Of a stretch of DNA of 64,000 nucleotides, positions 52,600 to 64,000 are shown piece after piece. Position 1 is the first letter of the stretch. The number at the start of each line of letters is the position of its first letter. Made by a program: the position numbers and the translations under genes. The stretch spans positions 118,668,001 to 118,732,000 of the forward strand of contig OX597817.1 in the NCBI GenBank assembly GCA_951406725.2. Direction: 5' to 3'. The notes under the pieces were generated by a model. It made no database searches, was not told the origin of the DNA, and worked only from the letters and a program-made list of their open reading frames with translations. The stretch comes from Octopus vulgaris. Lineage: Eukaryota.

Positions 52600-54272
52600 T
52601 ATGAGCATTTAACTACAACAGGCAGATCAACCTTGGGACATCTTTGAATTACATAAACACAGTACCTTCCACTTGATGCAGCGTATTCTCCAAGACGAGA
52701 AAAGATGCAGCAGGTGGTTTTCCGGATACGTATAGTGACTCCGGCTAATATTTTCATGGTTTGAGGTTGAATGTTATGACTCTTGTATATGAGCAGCTAA
52801 GGTGCAGGTAATGAAGAATAATATAACATGTACAGGACTAAGTGTTAAATGACATCAAATATCGTAGATGCAATCTATCTATATCTAGCTGTCTGTGCTT
52901 GACTGACCCTATTTTACAATGATAAATGTTGGTTGATTTTAATTTGGTTCAACGACTATGCATTTCAAGAGAAAGAAGAAATGGTTTGCGACGATGTGTG
53001 TAACCCCTGACAAGAGTACTTGCGATGTAAGATAACTAAATATTGCAACCAAGAACAGAAATAACTTTCCTGGCAGCTTCTCAGAAGACTACCCTTGCTC
53101 TCTAATTCAAGTGGCTTATTATAGTTCAAAGAATGCTAAAGAAATTGCAACAATGAACTGCATTATTTCGATTACTGGATACTCCGCTAATTAGCGTTAT
53201 CTAATATCAACCTATAGTAATTATTGTTTTAGTTTAACTTTTTTTTATTTTTGCTTTTGTTTTTCAAAATATTCATCGACATTTTTTCATAGAAAGGCAG
53301 AACAATTCTTTAATTATATTTCTCAGTTTTTGAATAGATTGTGTTATTTCTTCCTTCATTAATATAGTGTAATTTTTTTTCTTTTGTGTCGCAAGCAGCG
53401 GAAAATGAGTTATACATTTTCTCACACCCACACAGACACTCCCCACACGTACACACACACACATGCACACATGTATATATTCATTAATCAACCTTATCAT
53501 GAATCGACTTTTTTTCTAGTATTAGGAACTAATTATTACAGATTCTCTCTCTCTCTCTCTAAAAATTTCATCTGGAATATCTCTTTGTCTGCGTTACACT
53601 GTCACTTTCAGTCACCCTTTATTTATCTGTATATCTATTTAACTATCAGTCTCTCATCTTCTTCTTCGTATGTGTGTATTTCGATATGACTGAATATGTT
53701 CAGGTTGCATCTTTTTAATGATTTCTCGCTGATAGAAAGCAGCTTTCCAATCCAGAAGCTAGTTTTTGGTGGGTTTTCCCATTGAAATTTAGACATAAAA
53801 TATGTAACTATGTGTATATGTATGCTATATGCAAGGGTCTGTATGAACTAACTTAAGCATCCGTAAACATGCTCATTTCTGCATGTATAAACGTGAGGGT
53901 CTATAACTATCACAGACAAATGTTTGCGTGTATGCACACATTTACACATGTGTATGTAATATTTGAATGCATACACACACAACCGCACATGCACACATAC
54001 ACACATTGTTTTCTTTTTCCTTCGCTTTGATGCAAAACTATACAAACTTGTCACACACAGTCACTCTCATTCTGCCTGATTTATGTCTGTGAAATGCTCA
54101 GCTATGTACACGTTAGCTCAGTGACAGGTAACTCGGTTTATCTAACAATTGAATAATCGTAGTCGAGATCCAACACACTGAATTCTCTTCCAAGGCTAAC
54201 GCAAATAAATCCAAATAAATATAGATATAGATATATATATATATATATATATATAGATATATGACAGACATA

Positions 54273-54468
54273 CAGACAGAAACTAATTATCTGTAATTCG
54301 AATGCATTTAAATATTACGCATGAAGTGCTTATGTAACGAGGAGTTACATAGTGACCCCTTTTCCTTAGTATTTGGCTTGAAATAACCGAGAGAAGTGGA
54401 TAATTGTGTAACCACTAGAAACGTGCGTATTAAATGTATTTGAAATACTAATAATTGGTTTCTGTCGC
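54273..54468. mobile_element. MITE-like element with imperfect terminal inverted repeats
   Basis: GACAGAAACTAATTAT...TGCATTTAAATATTACGCATG versus CGTGCGTATTAAATGTA...ATAATTGGTTTCTGTC. Confidence 0.5.
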
Positions 54469-54994
54469 TATTCAAATATTTTAGGATTCATGTCTCTGAC
54501 AACCTAACCAATTTTGCACGCATGAGGTAATTACAACCCAATACTCATACTATTCTGGCGTTTCAAAGGTCCACGGCCCCGCCCTGTATAACAATCGATG
54601 GAAAATATTTCTCAGAGATCGTTTTCTTCTGTTGGCATGCTGCCTACTTCTTCATGAGTGATCTTTTTTACTCATTTCATGGCGATTTTTAAATCATAAC
54701 AACTTATCACAAGCTTCAAAATTCTTGATACTTATGTGTTTAGGTAGCTAAGCAGCACAATTTTAGATATTTCAACATTAGACTTTGATACACTATAATC
54801 CTTAATGGATAATCCATTTCATCACTACGTCCTCAAGAATTGTGTCTTTTTCAGTTCTCATACGCTTATGTGACTAAATGTGACTAGGATGTTAAAAAGA
54901 TTACTCTGCTAGAAATAAGAGCTAAAATGTTCTAATGCTGTAGTTAACATATGGATGAAAACACATACACTAACAGGGACCACAATTGTCAGAA

Positions 54995-55045
54995 AAATAC
55001 CGATTGAGGATTCAGTTTCGCAATTTCCGTTGCCTCATCAGTTAA
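54995..55045 (-). ncRNA. Hammerhead ribozyme motif, weak stem I
   Basis: Minus strand: AA-CTGATGA-G-GCAA-CGGAAA-TTGC-GAA-ACTGA-ATCCTCAA-TCGGT-A-TT; stems II and III pair, GUA triplet, only about 2 bp of stem I; adjacent to (TA)n. Confidence 0.65.
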
Positions 55046-55499
55046 GCCTACAATATATATATATATATATATAAGTTAGAGATAAAACCACTATTATGCA
55101 AATCAAACAGTGAAAAACATAAACCAAAACATAAAAATAAAAATATAATATACAAAATATATAAAATTTTAAAATTTAAATTATTTAAAATTAAAATTAT
55201 TAATTCATATTTATAATTTTTATTTATCAAAAAGTATTAAAAAGTTTAATATAAGATAAAAAGTCAAACCAAAAATGTGTGTGTGTGTGTATTTAAATGT
55301 ATGCATACATTGTGTGAAATTTGTGTGTAGGCATGTATAGGAATATGTTTTGAGCCATCAATTTCATATTTCTCAATTTTGGATCCCAGCAACCATAAAA
55401 AGCTTTAAGCTCATGATTAGATCAGATGGTGAGCTGAATTCTTCCTGTAAAATGAGTTATAAAAAGATCCGAAACTTTCTTATGAAGGTATACAAAATG

Positions 55500-57906
55500 G
55501 TGAGCAAATCTAATTAAAAAGAGGCCACTTTTGGATTCTACAGGAAGAAACGTTTTTCAAATATAACCGCTGAACACACCACACGGAGTTATATTGGTAA
55601 AAACTGGCGACAGGAGATCATGGGCGTTACAGCAATTACGTAGTTCCGAAAAAACCTGCTGACATAAACTTTAAAGATACAATGGACATATTGTGTAAAA
55701 TGTTTAGTGAGAAAAGCTCGTTGTTCAATACACGTTGGAAATGTTTGAACCTAGAAAAGAACAACGAGGGAGACTACATCACATATGCTGGTAGAGTTAA
55801 CAGGGAATGTGAAAAGTTCAAGCTGGACGAATCAACGCCAGGTATGTTCTAGTGCCTGATATTTACTCAAGGACTAATAGCAGATGTAAGGACAGAAATT
55901 CTCGCTAAACTGGGACAAAATCAAGCCGTAACCCTGCAACAAGTGTCAGAAGAATGTGAAAGAATAGTAAATTTAAGACATGACAGAGAAAACTGAACAT
56001 AAAGATTGCTCCCAAGTGAAACAAGTGAGAAATAAGCAGAAAAGAAATGAAGTGTGTACTAAAATACAGCACAAGCAGGACAAGAATGAGAAAAAAAACC
56101 ATGTTTTGCATGTGGAATTCTACACCTGAGGAAAAACTGTCCATTTAAGAAAGCGGAATATTTCCGTTGTAGAAAAATTGGACATGTAAAAGCGCACTGT
56201 AAAACTAAGATGACAAAACGTTGGAACAAAGGAAAGAGTAAACAGTGTGCAATCGAAAGAGAATGGTAATGCAACGAAGAAAAAATTCGTAAACCTGAAA
56301 ATTAGAAATAGAAGATTAAAAATGCAGTTAGACACTGAAAATGATATTACCATTGTAAATGAAAAAACTTGGAAGTATGTCGGTAAACAGAAATTAATGA
56401 AATCTACAAAAGTCGCACATGATTTTACGAGTAATAGATTGTATTTTGTTGGCGAATTTGTTTGTAACGTAATATTTCGTGACCAAATGAAAAAGGCAAA
56501 ACATACGTGCTAAAATATTCAGTTGATCTATTCGGCACAGAATGGGTGGAACTATTCAAATTGTGGGATGCGCCCATAAATGTTTTGAGTGGGATGTTTT
56601 GAGTCGATTCAGTCGAAGATTCGAATGACGCTGAGGGACTGAAATGATAAATAAAATATTTATTTCCAGATGTTTTCTCGGCGGAACTGGGTTATTGCAC
56701 GAAAGTAAAAACAAAAATTGCAGTAAAACAAAGTGCAGTACCTGTATTTAAGCCAAAACAGAATGCACCGTTCGCGAAAAAAATATCCACGATAAAAAGT
56801 GAACCTTGGCCAAAAGTAGATGTTCCGTGGTCAAGATTTTGCTGGTCCTATAAACGATTCATACTACTTAGTGGTAGTTGATAGTTTCTCTAAATGGCCA
56901 GAAATTTGTGTCAAAAACCAACCCCACTCAACAGTGACAAATGTTTACATGAGCTGTTTGCGATATTTGTCACTCCAGACGCGATTGTGTCTAACAAGGG
57001 AACGCTATTTGTGTCTTTTGAATTTAAAAAGTTTTGTAAAACTTTCGTGGAAGAACATGTAACTACGGCGCCTTTCCATCCCAGATCTAATGGACACGCA
57101 GAACGCTTTGTCGATACGTTCAAGAGTGCTCTAAGAAAGTCGAATATAGAAGTTACGGATGAGATAGCTTTACAAAAATTCTTAAGAGTATACCGAGTGA
57201 CACCAAATTAAATACGCCAGCGGAGCTGATGTTTGCGAGGAAAATAAAATCAGTCTTCGACAAATTGTTACTGGGCAAGAAAAGAAAATACAGCAAGATT
57301 TTTCAAAATTTGTGAAAAGGTGTTTGAGAGGGCATATAAGAATGGAAAAGAGAGTTGGCAAGATGGCGTGATTACCAAACGCATAGGGAAAATGCTATAC
57401 TTGGTAAAAAGTAGAAAAAACTTATACAAGACACACACGAACCAACTGAAAAAAAGAGATTCGTTGAGAGCGAACCCAAGAGAATGGAAGAAACAATGGA
57501 ATTGTTATATGATACTTTTCAAGTACCAACGCCAATACTGGTGACTGAATCCCGGCGCATAAGCGTATGAAAAAGAAAATTGAAGTGGATGCCAAGCGAA
57601 AAATATATTGTGTAACTACGAAAAAAATTCAATGCGTGGAGGTGGGTGATATAAATATCATTGCTAATAAAAGAGATAAAATGATATTCGCTAAGAAAAA
57701 AAGAAAACCTTAAAAGGGAATATGTTGTGGGGATAATAGTGCTAATGGTACACCCCTCCCGCGTGATGAGTGGTATATACTAGTCACTATAAATAAAGTG
57801 ATACCGGTCAGTATAGAGGAAGAGTAATGTAGTAGGCGTTCTTAGATAGTCGTATCTTTACAGGTCTAACAACTATACTGCTATACTGACATTAAGGATT
57901 ACAACA
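55500..57906 (+). mobile_element. Ty3/gypsy (Mag-like) LTR retrotransposon, decayed; RT/RNase H deleted; 5' LTR absent
   Basis: gag KSSLFNTRWKCLNL, zinc knuckle CRKIGHVKAHC, protease MQLDT, integrase DFAGP..YLVVVDSFSKWPE, PFHPRSNGHAERFVDTFK, YRVTPN. Confidence 0.92.
57723..57906 (+). repeat. 3' LTR (184 bp)
   Basis: TGTTGT...ACAACA termini, preceded by a polypurine tract TAAAAGGGAA; contains TATAAATAAA. Confidence 0.85.
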
Positions 57907-57978
57907 ATTTATTACTTTATAACCAAATTAATTATTCATATATGTGTGTGTACATAGGAATATATTACTGGGTATGTG

Positions 57979-58024
<46 letters not shown>

Positions 58025-58227
58025 TGACGTCATAAGAATTTACAAACTTCAGGGGTGTGAAGTAATTATTTAATTTCTAGGAACGGTTAATCTTGAAGCA
58101 AATATAGCTGTAAATAAAAGCGTGCAAATATAATTTGTAACCCAATATATATACACGTGTATGTGCATATGTATCTGAATCTCACTCTCTCCCTCTCTAT
58201 CTTTCTATTTATTAATCTCTATCTATC

Positions 58228-58264
<37 letters not shown>

Positions 58265-58289
58265 ATATATATATATGTGTGTGTGTGTA

Positions 58290-58311
58290 TACATAGGAAT
58301 ATATTACTGGG

Positions 58312-58354
<43 letters not shown>

Positions 58355-58436
58355 ACATAGGAATATATTACTGGGTATGTGTTATATATATATATATGTG
58401 TGTGTGTATACATAGGAATATATTACTGGGTATGTG

Positions 58437-58474
<38 letters not shown>

Positions 58475-58558
58475 ACATAGGAATATATTACTGGGTATGT
58501 GTTATATATATATATATATGTGTGTGTGTATACATAGGAATATATTACTGGGTATGTG

Positions 58559-58592
<34 letters not shown>

Positions 58593-58629
58593 ACATAGGA
58601 ATATATTACTGGGTATGTGTTATATATAC

Positions 58630-58665
<36 letters not shown>

Positions 58666-58816
58666 ATACATAGGAATATATTACTGGGTATGTGTTTATA
58701 TATATATATATATATATATATGTATACATAGGAATATATTACTGGGTATGTGTTATATATACATATATATATATATGTGTGTGTGTATACATAGGAATAT
58801 ATTACTGGGTATGTGT

Positions 58817-58850
<34 letters not shown>

Positions 58851-58877
58851 CATAGGAATATATTACTGAGTATGTGT

Positions 58878-58880
<3 letters not shown>
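58290..58880. repeat. Minisatellite: 10 copies of an about 28-bp unit separated by microsatellite spacers
   Basis: ACATAGGAATATATTACTGGGTATGTGT at 58291, 58355, 58410, 58475, 58532, 58593, 58668, 58726, 58789 and 58850, plus an outlying copy at 57952. Confidence 0.97.
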
Positions 58881-58908
<28 letters not shown>

Positions 58909-59614
58909 TTATTGACGTCATAAGAATTTACAAATTTCAAGGGCATGAAGTAATTATTTAATTCTTTTTAGAAACGGTTAATTTTGAAGCAAATAGATAA
59001 AAGTGTGCAAATATAACTTTGTAGCACAATATATATACACGTGTATGCATCTGAATCTCTCTCTCTCTCTCTCTATCTTTCTCTATCTATTTCTCTCTGT
59101 CTATCAACCTATTTCTCTCTCTCTCTCTGTATGTATGTATGTATGTACGTATATATATATCTGTTAAAGTAAGATGAACAAAAAAGTATTCCATCCGATG
59201 AGAGATAAATATTGTTTAATGTAGAGTATGTACTTATGAGCTACTAATAGTTACATACATTACAGACGTGGTCTCGGCAGGTTTATATAACATGTCTATG
59301 AGCATATAGCCTATACAATTTACAAATCAAGACGATAGAACAAGAGAAATCTCGAAAAGAAAAGAGAGGACGATAGATGCAAAAAATGGGAGGGTGAAAA
59401 AATACGGAGAAAGAAGTAGACAAGTGTGTGTGTTGAGTAACGCGCGTCTCGTGTAATCGTGTGTGTGTTTGCGTGTGCACATATACGTGTATACATTTGT
59501 GTGAGGCTCTCGTGTATGTGTGTGTGCGTGCATGTGTAAACGCTTTTGTTTAACAGTTGGTGTGTGCGTGTTCGGGTGGTGTGTGTATGTGCGTGACCTT
59601 ATAGTGTGCATGTG

Positions 59615-59657
<43 letters not shown>

Positions 59658-59805
59658 CATACATTATATTTTGAATTTTTTACGTCTTTGTTATTAGACT
59701 GGGGTATCGCTTTGAATATTTTAATCGAACAAATCGACCCCTGTACGTTTTAAACATGTTATTTACCCTATCCGTATCTTTTTATCAATCCGCTATGTAT
59801 ATATA

Positions 59806-59990
59806 TTTGAAATTCATAGAAAAACAAAAGATGAAGACAGATGTACGAACAACAAATAAGTGTATTAGTTTGACGCTCGGGAAAATGAAAAGTCTTTTAT
59901 GTTTCGAGCCTACGCTCTTCAACAGAAAGAAATAAGAGAAAGTAAACGGAGAGAATGAAAAGCACTTGTAGACTTCAGCGGTTCACATGC
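59806..59990 (-). mobile_element. Short element with degenerate minimal hammerhead (59894-59929)
   Basis: Minus strand: CTTT-CTGTTGA-A-GAGC-GTAG-GCTC-GAAAC-ATA-AAAG; homologous to 18644-18830. Confidence 0.7.
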
Positions 59991-60820
59991 TTTGTGTTGT
60001 TACACATTCATTCTTTTCTGCTAACAACTGAAATTAGAGAAAACTTGAATTTAACTAATGTTTCGATATGGATCTGTTAAAAATACCATTTATAACAGAA
60101 GTTCTGTTTAGTTATAGAAACAAGATTAGAATGGGCAGTGGTAGAGAGCAATAAAGCCTACGAAAAGCACAATATGTTGATGGTTTCACTCTCATTTTAT
60201 AAAAGCCCTGAGCTGTTCTTCGGTGTATTATTCTGTGGTGAATATTTTACCTTTCTCAGCTGAAAGCAAATCTGCGAAATTGTGTTTCCATCTTATCTCA
60301 TGAACTAGTCGTTTTTATTTAAAGATACCCGCGAGACATTCTTGAGCGTTAAAATACAGTGTATTTGAGGTCGAGGTTGAAATACCGTTGCTGTCATTAC
60401 ATTACGATGTTTTTATTCGTCTATTTACCGAAGAATGAATTTTTTTTTGAGATTATAAAACTAGCTTTTTCTATTAAATTTGAAAAAGAAACTCGCAGAT
60501 CAAGCAAATAATTTCGGAAGTCTAATATCCTGTTGAACTACTTTGCCTTTTGGGCAATAACATATAAAACATACATGTGCACTCTGAAACACGCGCACGC
60601 GCGCAACTTTTGTAATGAAGCACTATAGCCTACAGTGTATGTCACGACGAATTTCATTATGTCTATATAGACAATGAGCTCGCACACAAATGCGGAACAA
60701 ATGTCTGCATATTTCGTCAGCAGAAGTGAGCGTTCCTTAACTGTCTATGAACACATTGCTTATAAATTCACTGATGTTAGAGACTAAGGTGAACTGAGCA
60801 AACCAATTTGCACTACATAC

Positions 60821-61410
60821 AGTGGGGTACCTGTATACAAACATAATTCGTTCTAGAGCCCTGTTCGTTAATCAAATTGTTCGTTACATGAGTAGTTGGA
60901 ATACATTAAAAAGGTGTAATCCTTTCCAAGTTACATAAAAGCATGAGATGTTTTACTTGTTCATCCATCAATAGCAAATACATAAATGCTTGTGTGTATG
61001 TGTCTTGATTCTGTCGATCCATAATTTTCTATTTTTTTAAAAGATAATGAGAAATATTTTATATATAAAATATGAATATATATACAATTATACAACCACT
61101 TCTATGCGTGCAGCGTATACTTGTGGTTTGTTGCACAAATCTCAGTTCGTTGGCTTAATATAATTTTTTCTTCGCTATATAATTTATTCGTTTAACGAAA
61201 AGTTTATATATGTTCTCCCAGCAGTTATATGAGTGCGTAGTTTGTATGTGGTTTGTAGTTCAAATTTCAGCTGAATGGACTCACGATTTGTTGATCAAAT
61301 TCGGTGATCAAATTTCAGCTTGCAATGCAAGTTTCATTTTCCTCAAGAAACAGTTTGTTATTCAATTTGCTCGTTTAAAGAATCACTCGTACATAACTAC
61401 CCCGCAGAGA
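60821..61410. mobile_element. Possible old Tigger/pogo-like non-autonomous element
   Basis: TA-CAGTGGGGTACC...AATTCGTTC...TGTTCGT start resembles Tigger-type termini; far end unclear. Confidence 0.3.
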
Positions 61411-61597
61411 TATCTAAATTGAATCTGATTCATAAATCATGAAATATAAGTTATTTAAACCCAACACAAACCTAAATGCTTATGTATAAATTTGTGTCCA
61501 GCATTCGTCACTGTGTATGTATTCATACTTCCATGTGAGTGCTTGTGTGTACATATACTTCTACTGTGTTCTTTACCTTATATGATATAATATATTA

Positions 61598-61662
<65 letters not shown>

Positions 61663-62539
61663 ATTCCGAAAATGGAAATATTTTCTAATGTTTGGAATAA
61701 CAATTAAAATTCTTCAGTTACGAGTCTTCTGGGGTTAGATTATCTTGAAATGTTTTTCCTGCACAAGAGCTTATATCAAAGAATACATAGGTCGAATCAT
61801 TTTACAATCACTATGTACATACATACAGAGAGAACTTGTGTGTGTGCATAGTAATTGTAATATATCCGACGTATAGGCCTCTTGACCAAGACAGAGTTCT
61901 GCTATATATAGGACTATTTATAATGTATCGATAAACTAAGTTTTTGTTTTTTCCGTCTGGTGTATAGATATAAAAATTTTTCATTGCTCCCTGTTTATGC
62001 TTTGTGACGATCTTTCGACTCTGTCGCCCAAGTGATATTTCTTACACACACACACAAACAAATCAAACATACATAAACACACACTGACATACACACACAA
62101 AGACATACACACATACACACGGTAATGGATATACGTATAGAATGTGGTAAATATATATAGAGAGAAGGGGGAAAGTTTACAATGAGACAGGCGTAAATGA
62201 AAGAGTGAGAGAGAGATCTTTTCTGTGTATATTTCGTTATATGTAAAACTTCAACCGATAGAATTATGTCGCTTGAAAAATCCGACACAATCAAAAACTC
62301 AAAATTGTGAGGGATTGAATATTCAGCCTCCTAACAAATGAATATGTAAACGAACTTGCTGAGTGTGAATATCCTAGTGCACTTTTGGGGTGCACAAAGC
62401 AATCACTCACTAGCCGTTGCTTTAATAATCCAGATTCTCTACAAGTCAGAAACAACAAGACGCAGACGTGAAATATACATAAACTACTTTATTCTCTTTC
62501 TTGGTAAACAATAACAATAAGTGTGTTATCTGATGTCCT

Positions 62540-62900
62540 AGGTTCGGGCGCGCACCGCTATAAGTTAATAGATTGTAATATTTACAATGTCCAGCCCTCC
62601 AGATTGGCGTCGAACAATGGAGACGATGTTGGTCTGCAACAATTTGGTAAGGACTGCTAGAAGCTAGTTCCAACGGAGAGAAAATATATCGCGTGACGTC
62701 GCCTTCAATCGCTGGGTCCCAAGTCCTCGATGACTGCTGCTAGTGGTCAAACGTTCTATGATCCCCCTGCCTTGGCCAGGGTCGTGCTTCCGGTGGTTCG
62801 CGCATGCGCGAGAGGGCCCTTCCTTTCTGTGCCTTGGTGAAGGCACCAACACGCGCGAAATACAAATGGACGGCGCGCGCGCGCGCGCCGTTGTAGGATC
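62540..62900. promoter_or_regulatory. CpG-rich island with NRF1-, ETS- and CRE-like motifs (promoter-like, or a solo LTR)
   Basis: GTGACGTC 62693-700, CTTCCGG 62787-93, TCGCGCATGCGCGA 62798-811, CG-repeat palindrome 62870-91, in an otherwise AT-rich context. Confidence 0.4.
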
Positions 62901-64000
62901 ACTACAAATATTACTGTGTTTTGAGAGTTATACTGTGCTACACAATATATCTTTATATTTTTACCTTCTCTCTATGAATAGAGAGATGTAAACAACTTGG
63001 TCTTATATACGATGTACAGAAAAAGAGGGAACTAGCATTTGAGTTCCAATTTTCTGCTGGGTTGTCCCAAGTAATTCAGCCGATCAATCTCAATATGTCT
63101 ATGTGTATAAGTAGATGACTAGAGGTATATATTCATGTATGTACTAATATATATGTGTATACATATGTGTGTATATACATGTGTATGCATATCTATATAT
63201 ATATGTGCCTCTGAATCTTTGTAATTTATACACAGGACTTGAATTTATCCTTATGTATACACATATACGTAAGGAAATATTCAAGTCTTGAACACACAAT
63301 GAACGAATACTTTGTATCAAGAGAGAGAGAGAGGGAGAAAGATTTACTAACGGCTAGATTCGGAAGTGAAAAAGAAATCAGGTGTGATTTATGCAATAGT
63401 GAAACGCTCTAACTCGAAAAGATGACGGTACTATCTGTTACAGACATTTTAAAGTCGCAATTGCTTCCAGGTTTTGAGCTAACAACGTTTGTGTAGGAAG
63501 TTTTGAACATTATGTCCTCGATGTCAGACCTATGTCTGTGATGCTAAATTCCAGATGAGAGGTGGGTGGTAGGAACTCTACCTGTATGCAGATATCCCAC
63601 ACAGTGAATTTGGAATATAGAATATATATATCGTGCATAGAAGAGAGAGACGACCAATATTTGTATCTCAGAATGGAACAGGATGCGTGGGTTGTCTATT
63701 AGCAAATGGCAATGAACAGCATCTAGATTAAAATGAAATCCAAAAGATGCTGGATAATAGATAAAAGCACATTTCAATGATTCGAATTTTATTTGCATCT
63801 CGCTATTCATGTGATATCTTTTTGATGTTCGAGAGTAAAGGAAAGGCAATGACTCATTAGTTACCATTAACTATCAGTATGTAAACAGCTGGGATATTAG
63901 TGACTGAAAGTGGTCCTCTGGAAACCAGTGCTTACTGCGCATTAGTTATAAACTGCAGAGGAGGATACAAAATTATTTGTCAGCTGATAAATTAGCCTCC

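Noticed and set aside
58290-58880. CRISPR array
   Set aside because: Spacers are simple TA/TG repeats, there are no cas genes or leader, and the context is eukaryotic.
61660-61725. CTGAAGA on the minus strand beside a TA array
   Set aside because: GAAA box absent (CAAA) and stems unconvincing.

Overview
This is eukaryotic, AT-rich, repeat-saturated DNA. The tRNA-derived SINE families and the microsatellite density suggest an octopus/cephalopod genome (inferred from memory of such repeats, not from a search). I can support no intact host protein-coding gene, and most ORFs in the supplied track are microsatellite, SINE or antisense artefacts. The window is a mosaic of decayed transposons: hAT/Buster x3 plus a MITE, mariner x2 plus MITEs, a full-length Tc1, Merlin/ISXO2, Chapaev3, Helitron, pogo/Tigger ends, Tx1/L1-like LINEs, a Hero/R2-like LINE, an RTE-like element and a Ty3/gypsy element lacking RT. 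There are also many SINEs and simple repeats. Two signals stand out. (1) Eight type I hammerhead-ribozyme motifs (two apparently intact) lie in short non-coding elements from several families that abut (TA)n microsatellites. (2) Tx1/L1-like 3' tails repeatedly join the same nucleotide position in two different SINE heads, suggesting SINE-targeting, sequence-specific retrotransposition with a SINE/LINE shared tail. Also noted: a CRISPR-looking higher-order minisatellite, a CpG-rich promoter-like island and an unexplained coding-like island. Boundaries of decayed elements are approximate and family assignments rest on motifs recognised by eye.
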